Source: Pocillopora damicornis (Eukaryota). From it: 64,000 bases of DNA. Within the stretch, counting starts at the first letter, position 1, and each line of letters opens with the position of its first letter. Positions 27,421-40,100 of this stretch are shown one piece after another. Location of the stretch: assembly GCF_003704095.1 (NCBI RefSeq), contig NW_020846678.1, forward strand, positions 1-64,000. Direction: 5' to 3'. The notes below the pieces were generated by a model, which was given only the letters and a program-made list of their open reading frames with translations, ran no database searches and was not told where the DNA came from. The translations under genes and the position numbers were made by a program.

Positions 27421-27927
27421 TACAGTTAAATCCCGATAACTTGAACCTTCAAGGGAAATTGATAAAGGTTCGAGTCATCGGGAGTTGAAAAAAAAGGACT
27501 GGAAATAAAGGAAAATGGTGTGTACTGCTTTTCCTATTCATGCAGTATACATTTTAATCAGATTTAATTATAGAGAAGACGATTGAGAGTGAATGAAACA
27601 CTACTAATAAATTATTGCAGAAATCATGAGGTGACGAAAATGTTTTGGACTTCAGTACCCTGTTTGTCTTAACTTGTCACGTATTGACAGACGAACTGGT
27701 TCGACGTGGTTCGCGTTATCGAGGGTAGAAATTTGTAGAGAAAGACCTGAAGGGAAACGCGAATTGCTTCGATTTAGTGGAAGGTTCAAGTTATCGAGGG
27801 TTCGAGGCACCGAGGGTAAAACTGCCATAAATCTATGGCGCAAATCTACGGATTATCGATCGATTTTGGTTGGAGTTAGCACAAAGTACGAGTTAGTCAG
27901 GGTTCGAGTTATCAAGATTCGACTGTA
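27421..27927. mobile_element. Tc1/mariner-pogo-type MITE with TA target-site duplication
   Basis: TA-CAGTTAAATCCCGATAACTTGAACC ... GGTTCGAGTTATCAAGATTCGACTG-TA; internal ttcgagttatcga-like repeats. Confidence 0.75.
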
Positions 27928-27991
27928 CTGATTCTGCTCAGTTTCGAAAATTTCCGTCGTTGTAATAAAACAAATTTCTCTAATAAATTAT

Positions 27992-30900
27992 CTATGTTGA
28001 TTTTATTGGCTTATATTGCAGATCTTTAGCTGTATTCCAGCCGCTTTCCGTTTGAACTTTTATAAATTTGTCCAGTCCAATGGTCCTCAATTTTATCATA
28101 CGTTTTTGTCGGAGGTAATCCAAGAAAGCGTTTTCCTTCCTCACGAAATGTCCACACAAAACCTTCAAACGCGGCGTTAGGTCGTCTCTAACTAAATATC
28201 CCTTCACAAACTTTTCATGATACGCTCGTTCTTGTTGCATCTCATCCTTTAAACACAAACTCTTTATATTTTCTTTCTTTCGCCGAAATGCAGCCAGATC
28301 GTCATCAAAGCTTGGACCTTCCATTTTCACTTTTCTCCAAAAGGTTGCGTTGAAATGATCAAACAGCAAAACGTCTGCCATGTTCCATCGTTTGATGTTC
28401 TCTTGAACAGTTTTACTTAAATCTTTCGCTATCTCTTTATCTAGTCTTGCGTTGAGTTTTACATACAAAATGTCTTCTAGTTCCCAGCAGAGCAGTCGTT
28501 TCATCAGAACCAATGATTCATCAAAGTAGTCCATTATCATAACCAGGTCGAACTCTTTGTTCAAGAAGCGAATGTATTTTTTGACTGCGGTAAGATTCTG
28601 ATAAAACTTAGGACTAAGACCCAGATCAAACATCATCGGATTTCTCGATAAATGGGTCATCAAACCTTTATGGGTACTGTTATAGTCTATTCCTTTTGTT
28701 AAAAATTTTTCTAGAGCGTCCAAATTGTCTCCGAAACCAAGTTGTTTCCCAAGCTGTGCAAAATTGAACACTGACTCAAAGTTGTCTACTGGATTCCGTA
28801 AAATTGTCACGTATTTGCTGGTTTCTCTCGGAAAAAGCCAGTTCATTGGTTTCTTGTTAAATCTAGCGTGGCTACATAAGATGTTGGGTACTTTGCTAAA
28901 AAGACGAAGCGGGTGAGTTATATGGAATTTATGTGGCCATCCTAGAAGAGTGCCCGGTGATAAGACAAAAGTAAGGTTTCTCGAGTCTCCGTAACGAAAA
29001 AAAATATTAGCCATCGTACTCGAACCAGTCTTGTGCGTTTTTAGGAAAAGAATGTGATGAACAGGGAAACATTTTCCTTCTTTCTCTTGAGCCAGTCCTG
29101 ATGCATTTCCCTGCCTGTGAAATAGATAAATAGATACCGAGTATATGAATTGGTTTAATCACTTAGTTACCCTTAACCCTTTAAGTCCCACCAGTGACCA
29201 AGACGGAATATCTCCTTACACTATCAGTACAATATCAAGCAGACGAGTAATAAGAATAAAGAAAAATATCAATTAGGGGATTATTAGTTGATCCAATTCC
29301 AAATTCTCCAAACTAACATCACATGAATTGTATAGCAGACAGTAAGGAGAATTACTGACGAGATCCTGGGAGTTTAAGGGTTACGAACAGTTTTCAATTG
29401 AGAGTCGAGAGTGATCTGAGATTGCTCTGTTTTTGCTTTGCTTCGCTCTGTGATTATTCTGTAACTGATACTCGCACCACTCTCTCTCAACCAATCGGAT
29501 TCAAAATAAACAAATCACGACTTAGTCTCCTACGCTTTCCAGGGCTTTAGGCAGTTTTGTCGGTTTTACTTCGAGCTTGGTCTTAATGGCTCCTAAATGT
29601 ATTTTTCCTTTCTCCTAATTTGGCTGTTTTGATCACTTTGGTTTTAGTTTTTGCGACTCTCAATCGAAAAGAACTCTATCTCCTTGAAGCGATCAACTTC
29701 TCATTGCGTTTTCCTCCCAACAGTACATCAGAGAACAAACAAGGTAATCAGCTTGATCTAAGACCAAAATCTCCTTCAGGAGTCTGTAGCCAGAATTGCT
29801 AGTTCGAAGGTCAATAAGACCCCCTTAAGACCAGACAGAGTCTGTCTAATATGCAGTGTCCGGCAGTTTCGTGCTCTTAGTGAGAAGAATGAAGGGACAT
29901 TTTTCATCTCGCCCTTACAGCTTTTTGTGGCCATCTTTACGAGAAAGACTATTGATAAGAATCCTTTGAAGGACAAGTATGCCTCAAAAATCATCACTTT
30001 AATTTCTCCCAATAAAAACGCACTGATGAGATTCCAAAGAGTGACGTGACCTGTCTCCAACGTTTTCAAAAAAATTGTTCAAATGCGCTAACGATTCACA
30101 TCTGGAAATTACCATCTCGAATCTTGCCTCAAGAAGTGACTGACGTAACAAAGTCTCGTTTTTCTTTCTTCCACCTCTTGGAGAGAGAGAATCAACATTA
30201 TCTACGGTATTTCTTGTGATGGTTCTTGTAAAATTATTCTTTGTTTTGATGTCAAAGGTTAAGATCGGAAAAGAAAAAATGTACTGAAACCTTGCAACTA
30301 AAAATTTATCCTTTCACAAATATTTAAGTTTTGAGCTTTATGTTATTATTCGATCAAGGTTCTAGGGAAGATCCCTCTTCACGATTCAACTGAGGGCGAG
30401 TTATTTAAGCGAGGTCTAACTTAAACCATGGTTTTACGCGATCAGTGGGCCTTAGGCTTTTTCTGTAAGAGGGTTGATTTGATGAAATAAATATCCTTTC
30501 ACTCTTAACTTTCACCCTCTTGACACTGTTCACAATAAGTGTTTTGATAAACCGTTTAACTAAAATTGAGGATTGTTTGGCTAAACTTTGCTTAAATAAC
30601 CGGCTCTGACAGTTTGTGGAAAATCGACTAGTGTCTCATTTTCGACGTTGAGTCTTTGCATAGTTTAATCATCATTGTTCTGTGATATTTCAAGGTCGGG
30701 GTCTTAGACGGTATTACGAAAATTGATCGCTGACTGATGAAACGTAAGGGAGATTTCAGAGTCGCTTTGGTAAACATCGCCATTGTACTGATCTTTAATA
30801 TAGATTAGTGATATGTACTGCTACTTTACTTTTCCGTATCGCATCGAATCAGGCGAGGATTTGACGATACTGAACGAATTTTTTTCTACTTCCCGTAAAC

Positions 30901-31153
30901 TGAGGCTTACATAATCTATTTAAAAAGGGAGGGAAATTTAACAGTGAAATCAATACGGATTCTTCAGCACCAATTTACTTAGTATATACAAATGCAATGA
31001 TAAATACACTTACGTCAGACGCCGAATTACTTGTCGGACTGCGTTCACCTCCTGTTCATTTGACCGAGAGTATGTATACAATAAATAGATCACGGAAAGC
31101 AAGAGAAATATCCAAGGAAGGCGGTCGAGAAACCTGCGATGAAAGATTCTCAT
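27992..31153 (-). CDS. galactose-3-O-sulfotransferase family protein, paralog 3
   Basis: Exon 31153-31014 (MRIFHRRFLDRLPWIFLLLSVIYLLY, AC|gtaagt) plus exon 29114-27992 (HILFLKTHKTGSSTMANIFFRYG...). Convergent with paralog 2. Confidence 0.9.
29173..29383. mobile_element. piggyBac-type MITE, subfamily A
   Basis: TTAA-CCCTTTAAGTCCCA ... TGGGAGTTTAAGGG-TTA; internal sequence shared with the copies at 33222, 35219, 54394, 58183. Confidence 0.8.
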
Positions 31154-31443
31154 CCTAATTCAACATTCCTATAAGATAAACTACGGTGAGATCTCGCTGA
31201 AACTGCTGATCACAGCAGCTAAGGTCCTTATGGTCAAGCCGAGCTTTGCGACATATATCACGTTTCATACTCATGGCAGTAGTTTCCTTGGAGGCACGCA
31301 AATTTTCGTTTTTTTTTCAGGGGGAGGTGAGGGGAGATAGGGGCACCGCGTGACCTCCCGAGGAAGGGCTGTGAAGTATCAGCACTGGAGAAACGTGTTG
31401 AAAGCGAATTTATCCTTAAATTAATGGGGTAAGTTTCGAAAGG

Positions 31444-31533
31444 CTGACGCGCATGACGCTCGAAACATCAACTTCAGTAACTCTTTACGGTGGCCAATTT
31501 ACGTTATCAACTCAGCTGATTAAACCAAATTAA
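31444..31533 (+). repeat. degenerate Penelope-associated repeat with decayed hammerhead-like core
   Basis: ctgacg...acgctcgaaacatca...ctctttacggtggccaatttacgttatcaactcag resembles a recalled coral repeat with a CTGANGA...CGAAAC core. The core is damaged here. Confidence 0.45.
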
Positions 31534-32159
31534 TAATCCTATCCTTGATTAGTTTCCTTTTAAGAGTATCTACAATGCACATTTCGTCCACTGCAAGTCA
31601 CTTCTTACACAAGTCTTCCTGCTCTTAAGTTCGCCTGTCATAAGTTGATCGGGGCACTTGACAAGGAAAAGAATGTTATATTCTTTCTCTTTCACGAAAA
31701 CGAAAACTCGTCAATCCGGAAAATAGGTTTATGCGTGTCCCGGAAACGTCTGTCCATTATTCGTCAGATTACTGTAACGTCATCTTTCACCATCAGGGAC
31801 TTGCGCTAAGGAACTAACTTTCTTTATGATTATGTCATCATGGCTTGGTTGCAAAATGTGATATGGGCTTTTTTCCGGAAAGTTGTAAGTTGTAATTTCC
31901 TGAAGTTATTGGTAAAATTACATGATAATCACTTCTGTCCTCGGAAGTCACTTTCTCCAAACTTCGTGACCTTTAGAAGCCGCGCGCAGGATCGTTCTTG
32001 GCTAGTTCCCAGGCTCAGTTTACAAGTGAGTTCTTTCCTTGACCAGGAAACCTCTATACGCACGTTGTTGACTTACTCGTCTCCATAGCTCTAGTAAATT
32101 GTGCAGAATTTGTCCATTTACAGCCTAGACAGGCCAGTTCTAGAGGTGGAAATTACATA

Positions 32160-34581
32160 ATGGCGAAGCGAAAGATGATTATTGACTGTGATGCCGGCAT
32201 CGATGACGCCCAAGCTATCCTGATTGCTTTATCTGCTCCCGATGTTGAGGTGGTTGCGATCACATGTGTCGCTGGCAATGCAACTATTGAAAATGTATGT
32301 GTGAATGTGCTTAAAGTTCTGGAGTTGTGCGATCGAAGAGATATTCCCGTCTTTAAAGGAGCCACTGGTTCATTGCTAGGTGAGGAACTTTATGCAATTC
32401 ATTGACTAGGGGTTGAGTTACGGTACGTGACACTACCCTTCCAATCGCTTGATCCCATAAGTAAGTAAGGCCTGGTTCATACGCCGTGCTTCAGCCGCAC
32501 CGAATCGAATTCAACGATAGGCAGACCTAGATTAGTTAATCCTGGCTGGCTGAATTGATTCAAACGCCGAACTTTATTCGGCCGAAATTAATTAATCAAA
32601 GAAAATTAATATCTTACAGAGAGACAAGCCTTATCTGTGCTTTGTTCTATTGTATAGCACTTAGGAAGCGGCTAGGGCACGAAAGAAGTGTAGGGAGAAA
32701 CACGAGAGGTAGTCGAGTGTTTCTCCCCTCTTCTTGAGCAGCAGTTATGCACCTCCACTGTTCTTGAATAGCCTCAAAAGGTAAAAGTTATTGAGAGGAA
32801 TGCGTGGCAATCCAAATGTCACCAAAATAACTCCTTGTAGGTGAAATATCGTTGTAGGGATCCGTAGGGGTCACGTCTCAAATAATTCCTGAGACTTTGA
32901 CCTAGTAATATTGAGCAGTTAGGTCGATCAGTTTGTGAACTATGGCTTCCAATGTGCCTCATGTGCCGGCAATGAAAGAAGCTCTAGGACCTCAAGAAGC
33001 AATTGTGAATTATGTTGCATTTTTTATGAAGAGGGGAAAGGCAGCAAGAATTGAATGCGGTTTTTAGTTCTAATCAGACCCCAATACCCCAGTCATATAG
33101 GAGAGAAATACTCTGAGTGAGAGTGAGAAAGCCTTTGGAATGGGAATTTCTCTCTTAAATAAATGTATACCAGTATGTGCTGCCCATCTGGGTCTTGAGC
33201 AAGAAGGAACTACCATGTTTTTTAACCCTTTAACTCCCAGATGAAATTTGTAATTCTCCTTACTGTCAACCATACAATTCTTATGATGTTAGTTCAGAGG
33301 ATTTAGTACTGGATCAACCAATTATCCCCAAATTTATAATTTTCTTTATTCTCATCTTTTATCTGATTGATATTGTATTGACATTTTAAGTAGAAATTCT
33401 GTCTTGGTCACTCACGGGAGTTAAAGGGTTAAGTGATATTTTCCAGAACTTGTTGTAGTTCATGCATCTTGCAAATAGGTTAAGGATTATTTGTGACACG
33501 CCTTGATAGTGCACTGGCAATGACCTTCCCCTTACAAGAATATTTAAATTATAAAAGAATTTGTTAAAAAATGGTGGTAAAATAGAAGATGAGTTGATGG
33601 TTATTGGTGAATGGGGTACTGAAAATTGATCAATTTCTAGAATGAGTTTCTCTGACTTCAATTTCAGCCAAAAATATATTTGAGTATCCTCTCCCCAGCT
33701 CTTCTTGCTCTTTCCTGTAAGGGGGAGGGGGGGAGTTTAAATCCTGTTAAGGTCAGTGACACGATATTGCTGCTTATTGTTATATGGAAATCATGAAGCT
33801 TGGGAATTTTAACTTATGGATGATGACATGTTTCTTTTTTTTTTCTGTAGAGGATCGTGGGGATCTTCCTACCCATTTTCATGGCAAGGATGGCATGGGA
33901 GATGTTAGAGACATTCCTAACCCAGACATGTCATTACTAAAGACTGAACATGCTGTAAATGCCCTGATCAGAATTGTCAATGAGCATCCTGGAGAGATCA
34001 CCTTGGTTCCTCTGGGACCATTAACTAATATTGCTCTCGCATGTCAACTTGATCCAGGCATTTCTTCCAAGCTAAAAGATGTGGTGATCATGGGAGGGAA
34101 CTTTGAAGCCAAAGGAAACTCGCATGTGAGTGCTGAATTCAATTTTCATTTTGATGTAGAAGCTGCTTACATAGTGTTGAATAAGCTCACCTGTCCAATC
34201 TCCTTGGTGACATGGGAATTTTGCCTAAACCATGCATTACCTTGGGAATTTTATGACTCATATATTGGACAAGAGACAAAAAAATCTGTTTTCATGAAAA
34301 AGATTACTAATACTTCAGCCTCATTCTACAAGAAAAATAAGACAGGGTTTGGACAAGGTTACACAAGCTGTGATCCTCTGGCCATGTCAGTAGCTGTCAA
34401 GCCAGAGATTGTAACTGAGGCAACAAGTGTGTATGCCACAACGGAGCTACATGGACACTTGACTCGTGGTCAAATGGTTGTGGATTGGAGAGCTCATCTT
34501 GGAAAAGATCATAATATTAAGTTAATTCAAGAAGTTGATTTGGAAGCCTTTAAAGTCTTGATGATGGACTCCTTGAAATAA
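32160..34581 (+). CDS. nucleoside hydrolase (IU-NH superfamily), copy 1
   Basis: Exon 32160-32379 (IIDCDAGIDDA Ca2+/ribose motif) plus exon 33851-34581 (HGKDGMGD, LGPLTNIA, MGG, AEFNF, SCDP, TRGQMVVD). Confidence 0.93.
33222..33432. mobile_element. piggyBac-type MITE, subfamily A
   Basis: TTAA-CCCTTTAACTCCC ... GGGAGTTAAAGGG-TTAA: perfect 13-bp TIR and TTAA TSD. Confidence 0.85.
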
Positions 34582-34663
34582 TTACACATAAAAAAAGAGT
34601 AGTAAGAAACAAAGACATTTTTGTAATAAAATATTTGCCTATTGTTCATTGTGGTGTAAGAAT

Positions 34664-35123
34664 GGAGATGAACTATGTTCATTTGTCTCACAATAGAGTC
34701 ACTTTTGATGTAGATTGTGACATTTCGACTGCAACACTGCTAGTCTTCATCAGGTGATGAGATAGATTGTTTACATGTCACTATTTGTAGCATGTTGGTA
34801 TGCTGCTATTGGTGCATTTCGATTCTCACTAGTATTCCAGTTATTAGATGGTGTTCCCTCATAGAACCTCATAACGTTCTCTATACTTATAATTTGCTCC
34901 AAAATTCTACTTTCAAAATTTACTATGAGGGAACACCTCCTAACAACTGTAATAATAATGAGGATCGAAATGCACCAATAACAGCATACAAATGTGCCAC
35001 AAATAGCAATGCTTAAACAATTGACTTCATCGCCTGATGAAGGCTAGCAGTGTCGCAGCTGAAATGTTGTGATCTACATCAAAAGTGACTCTATCGTGAG
35101 ACAAACGAACAAATTTCATCTCC
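34664..35123. mobile_element. Penelope-like non-autonomous element with inverted arms of about 97 bp, each containing a minimal type I hammerhead ribozyme motif
   Basis: Arms 34664-34760 and 35027-35123 are reverse complements. Each reads ATCRC-CTGATGA-A-GRCT-loop-AGYY-GAAA-TGTY. The word aaagaca followed by a T-run occurs on both sides. Confidence 0.65.
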
Positions 35124-35218
35124 AAAGACAATTTTTTTAGCTAGCCTAACCTGGATTAACCCTTAGATCCCTTCGAAGGGGCTATTATCTTATTTCTCCT
35201 TTTAGTGCAAATAATGAA

Positions 35219-35427
35219 TTAACCCTTTAACTCCCAGATCACATTTGTAATTCTCCTTACTGTCAACCATACAATTCTTATGATGTTAGTTCAGAGAATT
35301 TAGTATTGGATAAACTGATTATCCCCAAATTGATATTTTTCTTTATTCTCATAACTTATCTGGTTGATATTGTATTGATATTGTAAGGAGAAATTCTCTC
35401 TTGGTCACATGGGAGCTAAAGGGTTAA
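35219..35427. mobile_element. piggyBac-type MITE, subfamily A, nested in an older subfamily C copy
   Basis: TTAA-CCCTTTAACTCCCA ... TGGGAGCTAAAGGG-TTAA; flanks 35157-35218 and 35428-35565 are two halves of a subfamily C element. Confidence 0.8.
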
Positions 35428-35701
35428 GAAATAATTAAGCTCATGAGAGTAAAGGAAATGATCACCATCTAAGGCTCTTGATTTTTTCAACAAATTCTTC
35501 TACTCAGTACAGTAGGAAATGTATAAGAACAGTTTTGAGAATATGCACTTTAATGTTACTGGTTTAGCATTTACATTTAAGTATTCTTGCTAGAAGTTTT
35601 GAAAGTAGAATTTTGGAGTAAACTATAAGTATAGTGCCACTAAGTATCATGTGAGAGATACTCCAAGATTTTTTATTATACCAGTATGCTTTTGGTATGA
35701 T

Positions 35702-35914
35702 TTAACCCTGTAACTCCCAAGATGTGATTGTCAATTCTCCCCTCTTGCTGCTACACATTTATTGTAAAATAGTTACCAGAATTTGGTGTTATAGATCAAG
35801 ATAACAACTTCTACTTGGTAAGTTTGAATATTCTCATTACCTGTTTGTTGGATAATGTAAGGATATTATAGGGAGAAGTTTCATGTTGATCACTTCTGGG
35901 AGTAAAAGGGTTAA
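35702..35914. mobile_element. piggyBac-type MITE, subfamily B
   Basis: TTAA-CCCTGTAACTCCCA ... TGGGAGTAAAAGGG-TTAA; related copies near 6648, 25975, 44361, 50073, 56454, 58736. Confidence 0.8.
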
Positions 35915-37142
35915 TAGCAAAATGGTTCAAAACCTGCATTGCTTCATTTAAGCATAATTTGAAAACATAGTTGTATTGGATTTGCTCCTGTATAGCTATT
36001 TGACAAAATAGGAAGATTTCATTATTGTTTTCTTAGTAGCCTAGATAGCTTTATATTTTCACCCAGTAAAACAATTGAAGGTTCATTACAATTTTATTAT
36101 TACCTTTCATTGCCTTAGACTATTTCAATATGCTCATTGAGTCTTGATTAAAATGATCTTGATTCAGTACTAATAAAGTCTTTGAACATAAAGAATTAAA
36201 TTATCATGATATTTTTAATGCCTTAGACTACTTCAGTTGTGCTTTTTCTCAGTAGATCTTGGAAGCAGGACTTCCAGAAGTAGTTGACTTGTGTACTCGT
36301 ATTTCTTCTCGCGTAAAAGACCCTTTTCTGTTTTTATGCAGTCATCATTTGTCACACTAGTTTTATCTTTATCCTGTTTCAAATGTTATGCTTCAGTTGT
36401 ATACTTTTTCATGATTTTGTCTTCTTTTAATTGAATTGCCAGTAGATCTAATAAAAATTGAAAAATCGATTTCTAGATGATCTGTTAAAGCACAGCTGTT
36501 TCCTTATGTGCTAGGTAGTGTATATTTAGTAAATTTGTCAAAAAAATTGTTGTTGTTTAATGTTTATAAATAATTCAAAATTTGGATGACTGTATCTGTT
36601 GTCCGAAAATTTTATCATATGCACAAAAATTGGAACTAGACAGATTTTTTTAATGTAAAGTACATTCTCCCTTTGTACTTTTCGTTCTCTACCCAAAACA
36701 TTCTGAACTCGCAGTAAATTGAGCATGTTCGTATCTGACACAATTGTAGGGAAGATGTTTCGATCAGCATATTTTTATGATTTGCTCTATGTTCTTAAAA
36801 AAAATATTATTTATAACTTATGATATTATTAAAAAAAGAGCAGTCTTGAAAAATTGAAAGTCATTTAAATTACTTGAAGGAGGGGTGGAAAAGAAATCAA
36901 TCTGTTGTGGAAATACACGAAGAATAAAACTTTCGGTTTGTTCGTCACGCAAAAAGGACGTGTACCGATTAAGACCAGTACGTCATCAACTCAGATCATT
37001 GCGTTCATTGGTCAGCTATTTTTATCTCTCCAGTTGTTTTAAGTCTGTTCACTATATAAGGCTGTACGGCGAAAAGTTCTGACAGTTAGGGAGGATCCTA
37101 CTTTCGCTGCTGTCTCTAGGACTGCGAGGAAGTCGCTGAAAT

Positions 37143-40100
37143 ATGCAGAATTTAAAACTTATGGCTATAGGAGATGGCGGAGTAGGAAAGTCGTCCTTTC
37201 TAATTTGCGCTACAACTAGTCATTTTCCAAGTGACTATGTTCCTACAGTTTTTGATAACTACAGCGTAGATCTCGTAGTAAACAGTTCTCCTTACTCGAT
37301 TTCTCTTTGGGATACAGCAGGGCAAGAAGACTACGATCGTCTGAGGTTTCTCGCTTATCCTGGAACTGACGTATTTGTTGTGTGTTTTGATGTTGTAAAT
37401 CGAAGTTCATTTGAAAACGTGAGCGAGAAATGGATTCACGAAGCGCGCTACTATGTACCCGAGACTCCAATCCTCCTGATGGCAACGAAGACGGATCTTC
37501 GAAACAGCAGGTGTGTTAAGCCTTTTCCTCAACAACGCACGATTTTAGTCTACCTTTCACAGGAACTCTTTATCAAAATAACACCTGGCGGNNNNNNNNN
37601 NNNNNNNNNNNNNNNNNNNNNNNNNNNNNNNNNNNNNNNNNNNNNNNNNNNNNNNNNNNNNNNNNNNNNNNNNNNNNNNNNNNNNNNNNNNNNNNNNNNN
37701 NNNNNNNNNCTCTTAACGAGGTGAAGCATGTTTCTCTGCCTGCTGGGAGAGGCAAGTTGGGTGAGGTTTTCTAGGGGTCTGGCACTTATAATTGATATTG
37801 CTTAACCCTTGAAGCCCCTCGTCAGCTTGTGATGTGTACGGTCTTATACTTTCCTGCAGGGAAAGAAAAACTTGTGCCAAAGGGCTAATATGAAAGTGAG
37901 GGTCTGCTTTCAGGCTATTGCTGAGTGAATCTGGAGAACTGAGAATTCACATATTTTGCAGATGAAAGAAAATCCTTTTCACTAATGTTCAATATCTTTC
38001 TTGTCAACAGTAATGCAGATGACAGGTCCACTGTGTCTACAAGAGAAGGAATGGCTCTTGCTGAAACTCTTGGTGTGTCATATGCAGAGTGTAGCTCCCT
38101 AACAAACACTGGAGTGCAGGAAGCTCTGAATAAAGCTGCAGAAATGGCTGTTAGTTTTCATACCCAGAGAAAAAGATCAACTGCAAGAGTTTTGGGCTTC
38201 TTTAAAAGGAAAAACAAAAATTCCATGTCAGCTCAGGATCAGGAAATTTTTCCCCCTCAACTGCCACCAGCAGGTATTAAAAGTTATATCCTCTGTAGTA
38301 GTTGGTGACACACTAAACAATTCTTTGATTTTGTATTTGAGTTGTAAAGTACATGCATCTATAGATAATATTGTTTGATCAACTGAGTTCACAATGTAAC
38401 TAGTTCCTATACTGACATTTCAAGAGTTAGCCCTAATAGTCTCTGCTGACTAGTGTTTCTTGCTGAGTTTCCACATAGAGCTCTACTTGCTGCTTGCATG
38501 TGGTTTCACAGTATTATAAATATTCATCTTTATTAATGCTACTTATTTTTCATGGTTAATGGCTGTTTTTAACAGTGAGAAGATTACTTGGTTGCTATTT
38601 TCTTTTTGCAGGTTTTGCTCCCCATGTGGAGGTACTCAGCTCAACATTTGCCAGTGAATGGGATTCTATGTTGTCTGACACAATGAGTGCAGATGTCAGA
38701 TTTGTATTCTCTGATGGTGAGTCCCTTGAAGCTCATAGAACTGTTCTTGTTGCAGCCTCCTCCATCTTCAAGAATGTTTTACTGGGAGAAATGTCTGCAA
38801 ACCATGAATCTTTCCAGTACATCTTTGAAGATGTTTCATGGATTTGTGATGGAGAAAGTAACTGCCCAAATCTTCCTCATATCGAAGGGAAATGCCAGGG
38901 CAAAGGTAGAACTGTAATAAGGTTGCATGAGAGCATTACTAAAGGCATTTTCGCTGAGGTATTGTCCTTCCTTTACACTGGATCGCCTAGTGTAACAGAT
39001 GATAAAGACAAAAATTTTATCACAGAAATTCAAGATGCTGCCAAGAAATTTCAGTTGACATGGTTGATAGATACCTGTACAAACATCCTGTCAGGAGATT
39101 CTTTCCTTAATCCAAGTATTGGCACATGGCTGAATGACAACACGGGACAAACAGCTAAAAATTTGTTTCTGAACAAGCCATTTTTAGCTGATGTCAAGTT
39201 CTGTGTTGAGGGCACCATTGTTTATGGACACAAGTTGATATTAAAATCAAGGTCAGAGGTCATGGCAGCCATGTTGGGTGGGGCCTTTAGAGAGAGTGAC
39301 TTGGATACAGAGGTAAGCATATGTTTAGTAGCTTGTTGGTTCCAGGTTTACAGTTATTTGAGCAGAAAAAAAGATGTTCCCTAACCTACAGTACAGACTG
39401 AGAAAACTAGGTTAACCCTATACACCCTAACATCAATATGTATATTCTCCATCCTGTTCTCTAAACATTTCCTAAGGTGGTGACAAGGATAATTTGTTTA
39501 AGAATTAAGAGCGTCTTTAGTTGGTGATCAGTTCCTTTATTCTCCTGACCTTAATGTTTGATTCTGGGGTGATATAGTAAGGAGAAATTAGATGCCAGTC
39601 ACTCTTAGGGGTTAAAGGGTCAAAGTAGTATATTATGTCTCTGGGTTCAAATGGTGGGGAGAAGATTTAAATGGAAGAAAAACTTTTCAGTTGAGTAAGT
39701 CAGACAGTGAAATACAGCCTACTAAAATGACAAATTATAGCACATATACTTAGGGAGAGATACAATAAGTAGGTTTATAACAGATTGTATTTCTCACAAC
39801 CTATATTTATTCCTCAAAGATTGAGATCAAAGACACAACCCTGCAAAGTTTTTTGGCACTGCTGGAGTACCTCTACACTGACCATGCCCCAATAGAGGAG
39901 GGAGATTCAGTAGAAATAATGGTTTTAGCAGACAGATTCTGTCTTCCAAGACTTGTGACAATGTGTGAGTTGTACACAACCAAGAAAGTTGATTCTTTGA
40001 TACAGAAAAGGGTGTCTGATGGCACTAAAGATGTCATAAACCTCCTTCTCACATCACAGGTATGACCCAAGTTTGTTCAGGAGAATACAATGGCAGAAAT

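Noticed and set aside
29776-30069. 97-aa minus ORF in the GAL3ST paralog 3 intron as an alternative first exon
   Set aside because: No phase-compatible donor found and no recognisable homology.
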